Assembly: GCA_951406725.2 (NCBI GenBank)
Contig: OX597837.1
Span: 15,376,001-15,440,000, forward strand
Length of the DNA: 64,000 nt
Reading direction: 5' to 3'
DNA from: Octopus vulgaris
Lineage: Eukaryota
The notes beneath the pieces are model-generated. The model did not search any database and was not told the origin of the DNA. It saw only the letters and a list, made by a program, of their open reading frames with translations. Below, one piece after another: positions 48,346 through 60,269 of this stretch (the stretch's first letter is position 1; every line of letters begins with the position of its first letter). The position numbers and the translations under genes are program-made.

Positions 48346-49463
48346 TGCCAGGTCACTTTCGAGTGCCACTGGTAACATGTAACCCAGTACAACCTGTTGA
48401 ATGGTCGGGTCGTCGTCGACTAAACCGGCAACCCCACCAAGCTTGCTTGGTGAGGAGGGTGTTTATTGGACACCCTGCAGGATGAAAAACAAAACTTGTC
48501 AAAGGGCGGAGGAACTTTTGAGAGTCAACGGCCATCCAATAAATGTCTTAAGGCTGTATCATGCGCGGGGACATAGAAATAATCGGACTGAATACCCGAT
48601 CGCACGGTTAAACCATTGGGAGTGAAGGACTCCTAGCCTTTGTTAGGGAAAGGTAACTCAGGTAACTGGGATAACTCCGACATAAAACCTGCGGCTCAGT
48701 GGTTACCGATGATGTTGACTTGTTCTTCTTTTAGGATTATGGCCGCTGTTGATTAGTGAGTGGGATTGACTCAGTGCACAGCCTTTCCACACTTTATAAA
48801 ATCTTCTTGCACAGGCATTGCACGATAACAACATTGATTAAGCTTCGTGCAATGGCCATACTCGATAACGAGGGGGCAGCCACCATGTATGTCTGTATGT
48901 ATGTATGTATGTATGTATGTATGTATGTATGTATGTATGTATATGTATGTGTATGTCTTTGTGTTTTTCTTTTTGTGTATTTCCTGTTGTCCACCGCTTG
49001 ACAACCGGTGTTGGCTTCTTTACGTCACCGTAACTTAGTGGTTCGGCAAAAGAAACCCATGAATAATTACAAGACATTAAAAAATAAGCACTGGGGGTGA
49101 TTTACTCGACTTGACCCTTCAAGGCAGGGTCCCAATATGGCCGCAGTCCAATGACTGAAAGAAGTAAAATATAAAAATACGCCTTCTAATCGATCAAGGA
49201 TGGCCTTGACTTAAACAACAACAACAACAACAACAATGATAGCCAATAGATTGATTGAAATTAATCGATTACAGTCGTTCAAAGCAATCAAACTGTCGAT
49301 AGATTTTGCACCGATCGATTTCTATGGGGCCTTATTTTGTGTTGTAAAAGAAACAATATTCCGAATGAAGTGGAACAAGAATAAAACGGAAAACGGGATT
49401 ACGACATTCCGACCCCCCCCCCCCATTGATCGGAAAAGTTCTGCTAAGGATCACTTCTTTTAG

Positions 49464-49514
<51 letters not shown>

Positions 49515-49591
49515 TATCATTATTATTGTTATTATTATTATTAGACTTCTTCAATTATTGGAGTGTGGCTATGCCGGTGGTGTTGGTGTTG

Positions 49592-49623
<32 letters not shown>

Positions 49624-50060
49624 GGTGGTGGTGGAAGAAATCGTTGCCAAGGTTTATTTTAGGTGATTACATCGATCTAAATATCTATTTCTGTCTGGTA
49701 CTTGTTTTATCGATCTCTGTTCATCGAACAGCTTTAATGAAAAGTTATACTTTTAACGTAAAGGGAAGCAACTGGACTTATCTTACACGGTTAAAAAAAA
49801 ACACCAGATACGTGCATGCGCACATATGCATATCTACCTACCTACCTACTTACCTACCTACATACATACAGTCTGACAGACAGACGAATAGATGGATACA
49901 CACGAACACACACATATATGTATTTATGTAGATATATCTATGTATATACATATATATATATATATTTCGTGTTTCGTCTTGAATCAAACGTTTTCATGGC
50001 TACCTTGAAGGACTCGTAATCTTGTCATATACATACATACATATATGTATGTATGTATAT

Positions 50061-50477
50061 GGAACCAAACAGCGCACACGGGTGTGTATGTTCTACCTGA
50101 GAGGTTCCTGCTGGCATGGAAAGGAAGGTGCAGGCTGCCGCTTTGCACATCGGGGACCCTGCCACAGAGACACGAGGCAGATGGACAAACCATCAACACA
50201 AAGAAAAGGGATGGACCACGCACCACCTGCCCCAAAGCGGAGGTATGCAGATGTTGTGCGCGCCACAAACAGCCAACATGATGTTGTCGAAAGAGCAGCT
50301 GCTGAGCAACAATCTTTTTTGTGCATGGCACAAAAGATTGTACAGCAGCTGACCTGGCTTCATCAAACCCAAGCCCGCAGGTGGGACTACCCACTATATA
50401 CCAGACCACCACAGCAAACAGACACAGGATGGACACTGCCGGCAACAACGTACACCTCACCTCGATACTCCTACTGA
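50061..50477 (+). pseudogene. LINE ORF1 C-terminal remnant with CCCH-type zinc finger
   Basis: CMFYLRGSCWHGKEGAGCRFAH; stop overlaps the start of ORF2; 5' end fused to microsatellite. Confidence 0.6.
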
Positions 50478-53425
50478 ACATCAGAGGACTGCAAACACTC
50501 AGTAACAGGACAAAGATCCCGTTCCTGAGAGACTTTGTTGCATGCAATCAAGCCATATGCATAGCACTTACAGAAACGCACCTGAAACCGGACATAGCAG
50601 ATGCGGAGTTACACATACCACAGTATGCTGTACTACGGACCGACAGGAAAGAAAGGAGTCATGGAGGTGTTGCTATGTACATCCGTGAGGACCTCACACC
50701 CCAGGTCCTCTTGTCATACTCAAACTCGGTGTGTGACACACTAATTGTACATATTAGGCAACTTGATGTAGTTGTGTGTGCTACATATCGCCCTCCAGAT
50801 GCCCCAAGCCATGTGGGCAAGTTTGAAGACTGCCTTATAAAAATAGAAGAAATTCTAACCACATTAGAACAACACATAGGTGTGCTTCTTATGGGAGACT
50901 TCAATCTGCCCAATGTCAGATGGCGCGAGGGCCTTTCTCTCCCAGGAATGACAAGATGTGAACGAGGACAGGCGAGGTCCCTCCTGAACCTCATCAACAC
51001 CCTGTACATGGAGCAGGTAATACTCCAACCAACCAGGGCAGGTAACACACTGGATCTCTGCTTCACAAATGACATGGATCTCATCCATAATGTGAAAGTG
51101 ACACCGACACTACTCTCGGATCACAACATGATAGAGCTGACCATGTACGGGCCAAAAGAGAGCACGGACATGCAGCCTACAAGAAACCCTCAGAATCTTT
51201 CCAGCTTGAACTACCATAAGGCAAACTGGAAACAAATTGAGAAAGAGATCCTCAAACAAAACTGGCCTAAATGTCTCTCCTCGCCAGACATCGACGTGAA
51301 ACTTCAACAATTCATGTCTGTAATGCAAGCCATATGCTACAAATGTGTCCCAGAGAGAAAGGCCACTGTACACAAGAACAAAATCCCCAGAGAGAGGAAA
51401 ATTTTAATGAGACGGCGTACGAAATTTTCAAATCGCCTAAACAAACAGATTGAAAGCAGTGAAAAGTTCCGCCTAAAAATAAAACTGTTGGAAATCGAAA
51501 AATGTCTGCAACTCTCCCATGAAAAAGAAAGAGCAGACAAAGAAGCCTGGGCTATAGAAAACATAAAATCTAACCCCAGAGCTTTCTACAGGTATGCCAA
51601 AGAAACAGCTACAGTGCACTGTAGAATAGGGCCACTCCTCGAAAAGGATGGCACACTTACAGGAAAACCAATGAGGGTAAGTGAAATACTGAATGAGCAA
51701 TTCAAGAGTGTTTTCACTCCACCCCTTGGGCATCTCCAAATCACCAATCCAACTGACTTTTTTACCACTGCAGATATAAAATCAGAGGCGGCGACGATAG
51801 ATTACATCGATATAAAGGAAGACGATGTAACCAAGGCTATAGATGAAATGAAAACAGACTCAGCTACTGGCCCCGATGGATTCCCGGCAATCCTCCTAAA
51901 AGCATGTAAGAGAGTCCTAGCAAGACCACTGCAGTTCCTCTTTCAGAGCTTCCTTGCAGCTGGCAAACTTCCAGGAAAACTGAAGGAAGGTAAAATATGC
52001 CCCATTCATAAAGGAGGTAGCAGAGCGGAAGCCAAGAACTATAGACCTATCTCTCTGACCTCACACATCAGCAAGGTCATGGAACGAATAGTCAGAAGGA
52101 AGCTGATCACCTTCCTTGAAGAGAATGACTTGCTGCCCGACACTCAACATGGTTTCCGACCAGGGAGAAGCTGTTTAACTCAGCTCCTACAACACTATGA
52201 CTGGGTGCTGAAACGGCTGCTCAACCACTCAAATGTGGAAGTGATATATCTCGACTTTGCAAAGGCCTTTGATAAAGTCGATCATGGAATGATATGTCAC
52301 AAACTGCGTGATCTCAACATAGTTGGAAAACTGGGAGAATGGCTTCATGACTTTCTGAAGGATAGAAGTCAGGTGGTAGTAGCCAATGGGGCCACCTCCA
52401 TTAACACACAAATAGTGAGCGGTGTTCCGCAGGGCACTGTTCTGGGACCACTACTGTTCATAATGGCCCTCTCAGACATGCCCTCAGCCACGCAGAGAGC
52501 CACGATCACAAGTTATGCAGATGATACAAAAGTTTCACAGGCAATACAGAACCCTGAGGACACTAAACACCTGCAATGTGAGCTGGACGAAATATACAAG
52601 TGGGCTGAAAAGAATAGCATGCAGTTCAATGCTGGAAAGTTTCAAGCTTTATACTATCAGCATGCAAAACTGAATGCAATACCCAATGAATACACTGGAC
52701 CCGGAGGGATTGCAATCCCAGAGGCACAATCAGTGCGTGACCTGGGTATTCACATGAGTGATGACGCGACCTTTCATGTACATGTTGCTAAACTGACAAT
52801 GAAATGTAGACGGCTGGCTGGATGGATTCTTAGAACCTTTAGAACAAGAGAACAAGAAACCATGATGGTCCTCTGGAAGACACTTGTCCTAAGCCACTTT
52901 GACTATTGCTCTCAGCTATGGTCACCATCCAGTGTCAAGTTGATCACAGAACTTGAGGCGATCCAACGAAGCTACACAAAGAAGATAGCCTCTATGCAGA
53001 ACGTAAGCTACTGGGAAAGACTCAAGAGATTAAAATTATATTCCCTGGAGCGTAGGCGGGAAAGATATGCCATAATATACATCTGGAAGATCCTGGAGGG
53101 AAGTGTCCTGAACTTTGGCATCGAGAGTTACGCAAATGCCAGAACTGGGCGCCACTGCGTGGTGCCTAGGACTCCAAACCTGCCATCAAGATGTAGGACA
53201 AGATTCTGTGATAGTCTGGGCTTCCGAGGCCCACAGCTCTTCAATATCCTCCCGAAGAACCTGAGAGACCTGCATGGGGTGGATACAGATGTCTTTAAAA
53301 TGAAGCTGGATCTCTTCCTGTCAGGTGTCCCAGATGAACCAACTTCACGGCAGGAGGGGCAGATGAGGGCAGCTGCATCGAACTCTCTCATGCACCAAAT
53401 AGCAGTTGCTAGAAAGCCTCCATGA
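50321..53425 (+). CDS. LINE ORF2: apurinic endonuclease plus reverse transcriptase (1034 aa, uninterrupted)
   Basis: NIRGL, LTETHL, YRPP, GDFN, LDL, SDH (APE); PGPDG-like TGPDG, YRPISL, QHGFR, DFAKAFD, GVPQGTVLGP, YADD, DLG (RT); SLERRRER C-terminus. Confidence 0.95.
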   Translation: MHGTKDCTAADLASSNPSPQVGLPTIYQTTTANRHRMDTAGNNVHLTSILLLNIRGLQTLSNRTKIPFLRDFVACNQAICIALTETHLKPDIADAELHIPQYAVLRTDRKERSHGGVAMYIREDLTPQVLLSYSNSVCDTLIVHIRQLDVVVCATYRPPDAPSHVGKFEDCLIKIEEILTTLEQHIGVLLMGDFNLPNVRWREGLSLPGMTRCERGQARSLLNLINTLYMEQVILQPTRAGNTLDLCFTNDMDLIHNVKVTPTLLSDHNMIELTMYGPKESTDMQPTRNPQNLSSLNYHKANWKQIEKEILKQNWPKCLSSPDIDVKLQQFMSVMQAICYKCVPERKATVHKNKIPRERKILMRRRTKFSNRLNKQIESSEKFRLKIKLLEIEKCLQLSHEKERADKEAWAIENIKSNPRAFYRYAKETATVHCRIGPLLEKDGTLTGKPMRVSEILNEQFKSVFTPPLGHLQITNPTDFFTTADIKSEAATIDYIDIKEDDVTKAIDEMKTDSATGPDGFPAILLKACKRVLARPLQFLFQSFLAAGKLPGKLKEGKICPIHKGGSRAEAKNYRPISLTSHISKVMERIVRRKLITFLEENDLLPDTQHGFRPGRSCLTQLLQHYDWVLKRLLNHSNVEVIYLDFAKAFDKVDHGMICHKLRDLNIVGKLGEWLHDFLKDRSQVVVANGATSINTQIVSGVPQGTVLGPLLFIMALSDMPSATQRATITSYADDTKVSQAIQNPEDTKHLQCELDEIYKWAEKNSMQFNAGKFQALYYQHAKLNAIPNEYTGPGGIAIPEAQSVRDLGIHMSDDATFHVHVAKLTMKCRRLAGWILRTFRTREQETMMVLWKTLVLSHFDYCSQLWSPSSVKLITELEAIQRSYTKKIASMQNVSYWERLKRLKLYSLERRRERYAIIYIWKILEGSVLNFGIESYANARTGRHCVVPRTPNLPSRCRTRFCDSLGFRGPQLFNILPKNLRDLHGVDTDVFKMKLDLFLSGVPDEPTSRQEGQMRAAASNSLMHQIAVARKPP

Positions 53426-53556
53426 AGTGAAACCAAGTAGCAACACCAAATGGCGGTGCCCCAGCATGGCCACAGCTCATAAGCTGAAACTAGAATCAAT
53501 CAATCAATCAATCAATCATATATGTATATATATATATACATATATATATATATGTA

Positions 53557-53588
<32 letters not shown>

Positions 53589-53681
53589 CAATTTCTCTAA
53601 AATTTCTTTAAACAGTCACTTCCGCTTGCAGTGGTATGTTTTAGGGAAAGATGAATTTATAAAAAAAATTCTTTCTGCGAG

Positions 53682-53874
53682 CAGATCTGATTGTGATTCG
53701 TTAACAAATTGATGACGTTTTTCTTCCGTGGTCAAGCTTGTCGTTCTGCTTGGTTGGTTTCCTTACAGGATACAATTATGGGTCAGATCTGATTTTGATT
53801 CGTTAAAAAATTGATGACGTTTTTCTTCCATGGTCAAGCTTGTCGTTCTGCTTGGTTGGTTTCCTTACAGGATA
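53682..53874. repeat. About 100-bp direct tandem duplication
   Basis: CAGATCTGATT...CCTTACAGGATAC occurs twice. Confidence 0.85.
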
Positions 53875-54416
53875 CCGTTATGGATCTTTTCCTTGTATTC
53901 GTTGAAGTTTGGTTTTGATTGGTTTGGAATTATGTGACGTCAGTGAACAGTGCCAGTGAACCGACCACTATTGCTGCTACGATCAACAGTCCTCTACTAC
54001 TGCTGCTGCTGCTGCCACGGCCACAGCTTAACTGCTACAACTCCAACCACCACCAAGGTTGCCAAAATTACGACCAACAATAACAGCCACAGGTTACTAC
54101 TACTACGACCAACAATCACTACTGTTGCTACCATTGGAACACAAGGTAACAAAAAAGCGGTTCCTTTTGATACCAGCAAGAAACAATAATGGACTTCTTC
54201 ACTACACTCAACAGTAATATAGCGATTATACCAACTACCGACAAAACACCACCACATGGATTCTATTGAGACCAGTAAGAAACGATTATGAACTTTTCTA
54301 TTGCACTTTTTATAATATATTTGATAAGGTTCGTTTTTTCAAGAACCGAAACATGTAAAATTCATAAGAAAATTAAAATTTATCTAATATAGTGGCGTTT
54401 TCAAACTTCTTTTTAT

Positions 54417-54460
<44 letters not shown>

Positions 54461-54464
<4 letters not shown>

Positions 54465-54960
54465 TCAGGGTGAATACTTGATAAATGTAAGCACCTCTAT
54501 ATGCCAGCTAGTAGCATAGGTGAGAGGATATATGTATCAAATGAAATAAAATGAAAAACAGGACACAAAGGATGTCGCGGTACACATGTTTCGAGCTTTA
54601 TAAAACAACTTATTCTTACATCAATGTATAATCGACATAACAGATAGTTTAAAGCCCTCTTCAGTCGCATGCAATTGCTACACTAAAGGCTTGTATCACA
54701 TTATGAAAGGTTTGAGAAAGAACATTTGGTATTATTTATAATGGTAGGTAAACCGAGTAACACTGGGAAAGTATGTTTGTAAATCTTCATAATCAGATAG
54801 GCGTACAGGGTATTATTAGACTCTAAAAAATCGTCCATATTGTCCATCTGTTATGTCGGTTATGCATTGATGTAAGAATAAGTTGTTCTATAAAGCTCGA
54901 AACATATGTACCGCGACATCCTTTGTGTCCTTTGTGTCCTGTTTTTCATTTTATTTCATT

Positions 54961-54968
<8 letters not shown>
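54461..54968. mobile_element. Fold-back hammerhead element between (TA)n tracts (same family as 38085-38487)
   Basis: 54531-54645 is inverted at 54846-54968; hammerhead at 54577-54668 (-); 3' half GAAACATATGTA-CCGC in the right arm. Confidence 0.7.
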
Positions 54969-54998
<30 letters not shown>

Positions 54999-55084
54999 TC
55001 ACTCATACATACATACATACATACATACATACATACATACATACATACATACATACATACGTACGTACGTACGTACGTACATAC

Positions 55085-55663
55085 ATGCATATTTAGTAGG
55101 CATGTCCTTTGCTTTTTCAGTGCAAGGACCCTATTAGGCACCTTACTGATCAGATGACGAATATTTTCTTGAGGAATTTCTTGCCAAGTTTCATGCAGTC
55201 ATCTCAAAAGATCTGGATTTGAAGATTCTTTTTACGAAGTGTCCTGTCCATTAAGTTCCAGAAGTTCTTTAATAGGGTTCATATCTGGTGATTGGCTTGG
55301 CACTGGAAGCTTTTTAATGCCATTCTCGTCCAACATTTCTTGGATCTCTTAAGCCGTGTGACAAGGAACCCCATCTTCCATAAATAAAGAGTATTTTTTA
55401 ATCATTTCACCACTGCAGGAAATTGTAAGGAGTCCCTTCTGTAATTTACTCTTTTTACTCTTTTACTTGTTTCAGTCATTTGACTGCGGCCATGCTGGAG
55501 CACCGCCTTTTTAATCGAGCAACTCGACCCCAGGACTTATTCTTTTTGTAAGCCCAGTACTTATTCTATCGGTCTCTTTTTGCCGAGCCGCTAAGTAACG
55601 GGGACATAAACACACCAGCATCGGTTGTCAAGCAATGCTAGGGGGACAAACACAGACACACAA

Positions 55664-55704
<41 letters not shown>

Positions 55705-56220
55705 ACGGGCTTCTTTCAGTTTCCGTCTACCAAATCCACTCACAAGGCATTGGTCGGTCCGGGGCTATAGTAGAAGACACTTGCCCAAGATTCCACGCAG
55801 TGGGACTGAACCCGGAACCATGTGGTTGGTTAGCAAGCTACTTACCACACAGCCACTCCTGCGCCTATGGACACATATTTTCTGAGTTTATCTTCCTCTC
55901 ACACTCCACCAGCTTGGATCGACCATTGCTCCAAATTGCTCCGCAGACCACCTCAAAAGAGCCGCCATGTTTCATTGATGGCTGCAATATTTTCGCATCA
56001 ATTTCTTGATCTTAGAGTCTTCAGACCCACACTTGACCACTGTCAGAAATTACAGCCAATATGGACTCATCAGAGAATATGACAGTGTTCAAAAATGCTA
56101 GTCACCTCTCCACCATCTCACTTCATATTGGCTGGTCGAAGAAGTAGTTTCCTTCTTGCTGCTCTGCCATAGTGGTCACGTTTATGAAGATACCTGACAG
56201 CTGTTCTTGTTAACAAGGGA
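55085..56220 (-). mobile_element. Degenerate Tc1-like transposase split by a SINE
   Basis: [53 protein letters not shown] in Tc1 DD34E order. Confidence 0.8.
55446..55865 (-). mobile_element. Full-length tRNA-derived (CORE-like) SINE; family also near 20880-21270, 25300-25640, 17000-17300
   Basis: GGCGCAGGAGTGGCTGTGTGGTAAG head, CTTGGGCAAGTG core, GGCGGTGCTCCAGCATGGCCGCAGTCAAATGACTGAAACAAG tail. Confidence 0.85.
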
Positions 56221-56244
56221 AAAATACACACATCTATTTATATA

Positions 56245-56281
<37 letters not shown>

Positions 56282-56449
56282 CAGTATAAACAGCCATATA
56301 TATATATAGTATATATATATGTGTGTATATATACTATATATATAATATATATAATGTATATATAAAATATATATAATGTATATATAATATATATATAATA
56401 TATATAATGTATATATACATATATATATATATAAATCAATATAAACAGT

Positions 56450-56491
<42 letters not shown>

Positions 56492-57189
56492 TATATATGT
56501 GTATGTGTGTGTGTATATTATATACACACACGTATGTATATATATATATAGTGAGAGAGAAAGAGAGGGAGAGGTAAGCGGACCGACAGACAGATAACTA
56601 CAGTATATGTGTTTGCGTGTTTAAAAGGGGTATTTAAATGGGGACGGATTGTCTTTTCTTTTCGTTTTGTTTCATTTCGAATGCCGTAGATTCTTTTGCG
56701 ATACACACCACTATTTCACCTCCTCATTTCCCCCGCCTCTCTCTCCTCTGCTCTTCCTCCTCCTCTGTCCTTCCTCCTCCTCCTCCTTGTTCTTCATTTT
56801 TCTCTTTCGTCTAACATTGCTTTTCCAACAGATCCAAATTCCAGCAGATCTTGATTTCTAAAATGTGTTCATTTTGTGGAAATCAAATCATTTATTGCAT
56901 TAGGAGTCTTTTTTTAAAAAAAAATTACATTTATTCATGAAGAAAATTGAATAATCAAAGCTCCTGGCATGAATATTTTGTAGAATTTATAATTCTTTTT
57001 AGTCACGCTATTAGCGATATTTTGTAAATGTTACGCCAGTTCTAGAATTCTCCATCGAATGCTGCAATTAAAGATTACTTCTTTTTAAAAGTTCATGAAT
57101 TCAATTTTGGTTTAGTCTGTCATCAGAAAGAGAAAAAGAGAAAGAGAAACAACTGTGCCTTTCTGTCACCAGAAAGAAGAAAATATAAG

Positions 57190-57715
57190 GAAATGAAAGT
57201 GTTACATCGAATGAATACTACAACGCTCTGTCACCGATAGAAACGAATTGAGCCTCGTTCTGGATCTGGAACCAAACGTACAAAGTTGTTAGTCGCCATT
57301 ATTGACGACAATCATTGCTTGGTCATCGGTTGGGGATGGATTAAATAACCCTGCTGCACATCAGAAGTTGGTTTTTATCCTAAATACGTCCATGAAACGT
57401 TTGTGTTGTCAACGCACAATGTCTGAAAAACGAAGCTATTCCACGAAGGCAAAATATAATAGTGATTAGCACATACCCGTTCGAATCTGCCAGAACATGT
57501 TAACAATGACTATACGCATTATTATTTTGATGGTCACTGTTTCACGTGCTCATGATAATTTATTATTGACTTGGTAAATATGAGCATGTATCAGCAAATA
57601 ATTGGCTGGATTCTATAAACACCGTCTACCATTCTTGTTTAGATTCACATATACGGGTAGCTTTGACTGAGGAGGCACAATGAGGTCGAAACACCGGGGT
57701 TTCAAAGTCACCCTA
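57190..57715 (+). mobile_element. Degenerate Penelope-like element 3' end
   Basis: Frameshifted GIY-YIG-like fragments (KRIE, SAI, GH, EAI) followed by a hammerhead. Confidence 0.4.
57655..57713 (+). ncRNA. Type I hammerhead ribozyme motif
   Basis: GGGTAGCTTTGA-CTGAGGA-GGC(ACAATGAG)GTC-GAAA-CACCGGGG-TT-TCAAAGTCACCC; 12-bp stem I with one mismatch, GUU triplet. Confidence 0.72.
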
Positions 57716-58851
57716 TGTCAACACACTTTATCTGAAGGGAGAAACTGTCCTCAAAAGGCAAAATACAACAGCGATGCATCAAAACAAGGAATCATCATCA
57801 CGAAATAAGATTCTTGAGATAAAAAAAAATTTTTGAATGTTGTTGACTGCGTCTACCTTGGCAGACGAAAGAACAAGTACCCGTGTCCGTTTCCTCTGTT
57901 TTATTTCATTTTGTGTTGCAAATATGAAAAAAAAAACTACAGCATCGATATTTTTGGTACCAAAGCAGCAATTTTTGAGAATTTTCCTGGTCTTGCAATG
58001 ACATTTCCAGTAAAAACTAAGGAAAGGAAGTCATTGAAATCATAAACAATGTTAGACCCGGGGACTTTTTACTGCTTCCACCACAAATTTATTTCCTACA
58101 TGGACTCTGAAATTCTTCAACTAAATTTATGTTTTCTGATCTTCTGAATGTTGTGCATAGGATTCTAGCCGCATTTTTTTTCCTGTCAGTGAAATCGTTT
58201 TAACATGTTTACATAAAGGGGAATAATTGAAGCTACTGTCAAGTATCTGCGGAAATAAATTTTTTAGCTTAAAAGAAATATTTTAATAAGGTTCTCATTC
58301 GTCTGAAATATTTTCTATTGATTTTAAGTTTATAACAACATTTTATTTCAATTTCCACTTGCATTTTACGTTAAGGGACGTAAACTGGAAAAAAAAAAAA
58401 AATTGAAAATTCTATAAATTGAAAAAAATATAAAAAATGTTTCCGATAAATGTAAAAATATATACATGTCGGCTGACAGTGAAAAGTGCTTTTAGGTTGC
58501 GTCTAGAATTACATTTATCTGCGACTTCTAAGATGTTGTTTGGCTGGTGTTTTTAACAGGTTTATCGTATCTATGCATGGTTTAAAAACATAAGAAATTG
58601 AAATTGTATTAAATTTCAGGAAGTGAAACAACGCTTTTAATGAATGTATAAATATATACATTTCAGGCATTGGAATACGTCTACGAGTAAAGAAACAATA
58701 AGAGCTGTAAATCCCATAATTTATGATAGAAAAGAGAAAATATAATTTCAAAGGAAAAGAACGAATTGTTTTAATTTTGAACGCTGTTAGAAATAGAAGC
58801 CAAGCACTGAGGAGTCACGCATTAATGCTACCTTACATATATAAGCTGAAT

Positions 58852-59020
58852 ATACATACATACATACATACATACATACATACATACATACATACATACA
58901 TACATACATACATACATACATACATACATACATACATACATACATACATACATACATACACACACACACATACATACATACATACATACATACATACATA
59001 CATACATACACACACACATA
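58852..59020. repeat. (TACA)n microsatellite
   Basis: Directly visible. Confidence 0.95.
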
Positions 59021-59526
59021 CTGTTGTATAGTGAAACTGTACAAAGTGGTCGTAAAAAGTGGTAGTAACCAGCCATTATCAATAGACCAGTAGCCGGTCG
59101 ACAGGCAGAGAAGGTCAAAAGGTCGGAAGGTTGAGAGTACGTGTAGATTGTGTTGATAGTCGTGTCTATGCTGATACAGGAATTATACTGTGATACTGAG
59201 TGGACGTTATAACGATCCAACCTTTTGAGGATAACAGCACTGTAGGACTGGGGATCGTACAGTGCCAGATAGAACCATTCTATCGACTACTTCGGAATAT
59301 AACAATATCTGTCAGAGTGACAACCGTCGTCAAAAGACATACAACAGTGGCAAAAGACCGCTTTACAACACGTACATACATATATAAAATTATAAATAAC
59401 GAGAGAAATATACCATGTTTATTTTACCATTGGTAATTCGTATTTAACGACAATTGTTTTTGCAGCTTAATAAACTTGCATAGATAATTAATTTTATTTA
59501 ACCCGAGGAGCTAGTCAATATCTGCA

Positions 59527-59599
<73 letters not shown>

Positions 59600-59612
59600 G
59601 GTATTTAATGTT

Positions 59613-59964
59613 AAAAATATATTTTGTAATGTTCATAAAGTCCAATTGGCAGCTTTCATACGTTGGTAGTAATCATCAGATTTCAAAATGTACTTAACCG
59701 AGAGTTGAGTTCTTGACAACTGTGTTACCTCCTCGAATGCTCCAACAAGCTGAATGTTTGGAAAGCGGGTTTTGATCAATCCACATGCATCTTAAACGTC
59801 ATGGTTTGCCGGGCGCACCGATATTCTGTAATTGTTGGAGCGTTCGAAGAGGTACTAAAGTTGTCAAGAACTCAACTGTCAGTTAAATACATTTTGAAAT
59901 CTGATGATTACTACCAACGTATGAAAGCGTTAATTGAACTTTATTAACATTACAAAATATTTTT
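59613..59964. mobile_element. Fold-back element with a hammerhead-like core in each arm
   Basis: 59613-59755 is inverted at 59822-59964; both arms carry CTGATGA-TTACTACCAACGTAT-GAAAG; follows a long (TA)n. Confidence 0.65.
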
Positions 59965-60269
59965 TGCATGTACGTGTACATACATATATATGCACACGTG
60001 CATGTGTGTATATGTTTGTCATGGACATGACAATTAACTGCATCCGGCGGGAGGCTCCAGTTCGGAAACTCTGGAGTTGTGGGGAGTGTGGAGTCGTCCC
60101 CTAATTGTCATTACTCCCAGGTCCCTTTCTAACTCGGAACGGTAGTACCTTTCAGGGTTCATTCTATGGGTTAAAAATATTTCCCAGGAATAGAGGCGCT
60201 TCCAATTATTTTTGACAAAGCCGTGGGGAAGCTGGCTCTTCTAGGAAGAAGACATGGACTTGCAATCAA

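Larger units (their letters stand above)
50061..53518 (+). mobile_element. CR1/L2-group LINE, 5'-truncated in ORF1, inserted in a TA/TATG microsatellite
   Basis: ORF1 remnant, intact ORF2, short 3' UTR and (AATC)n tail at 53493-53518. Confidence 0.93.

Noticed and set aside
47897-48485. MYVC / HTYI repeat ORFs
   Set aside because: Translations of (TATG)n; the same applies at 58723-59220.
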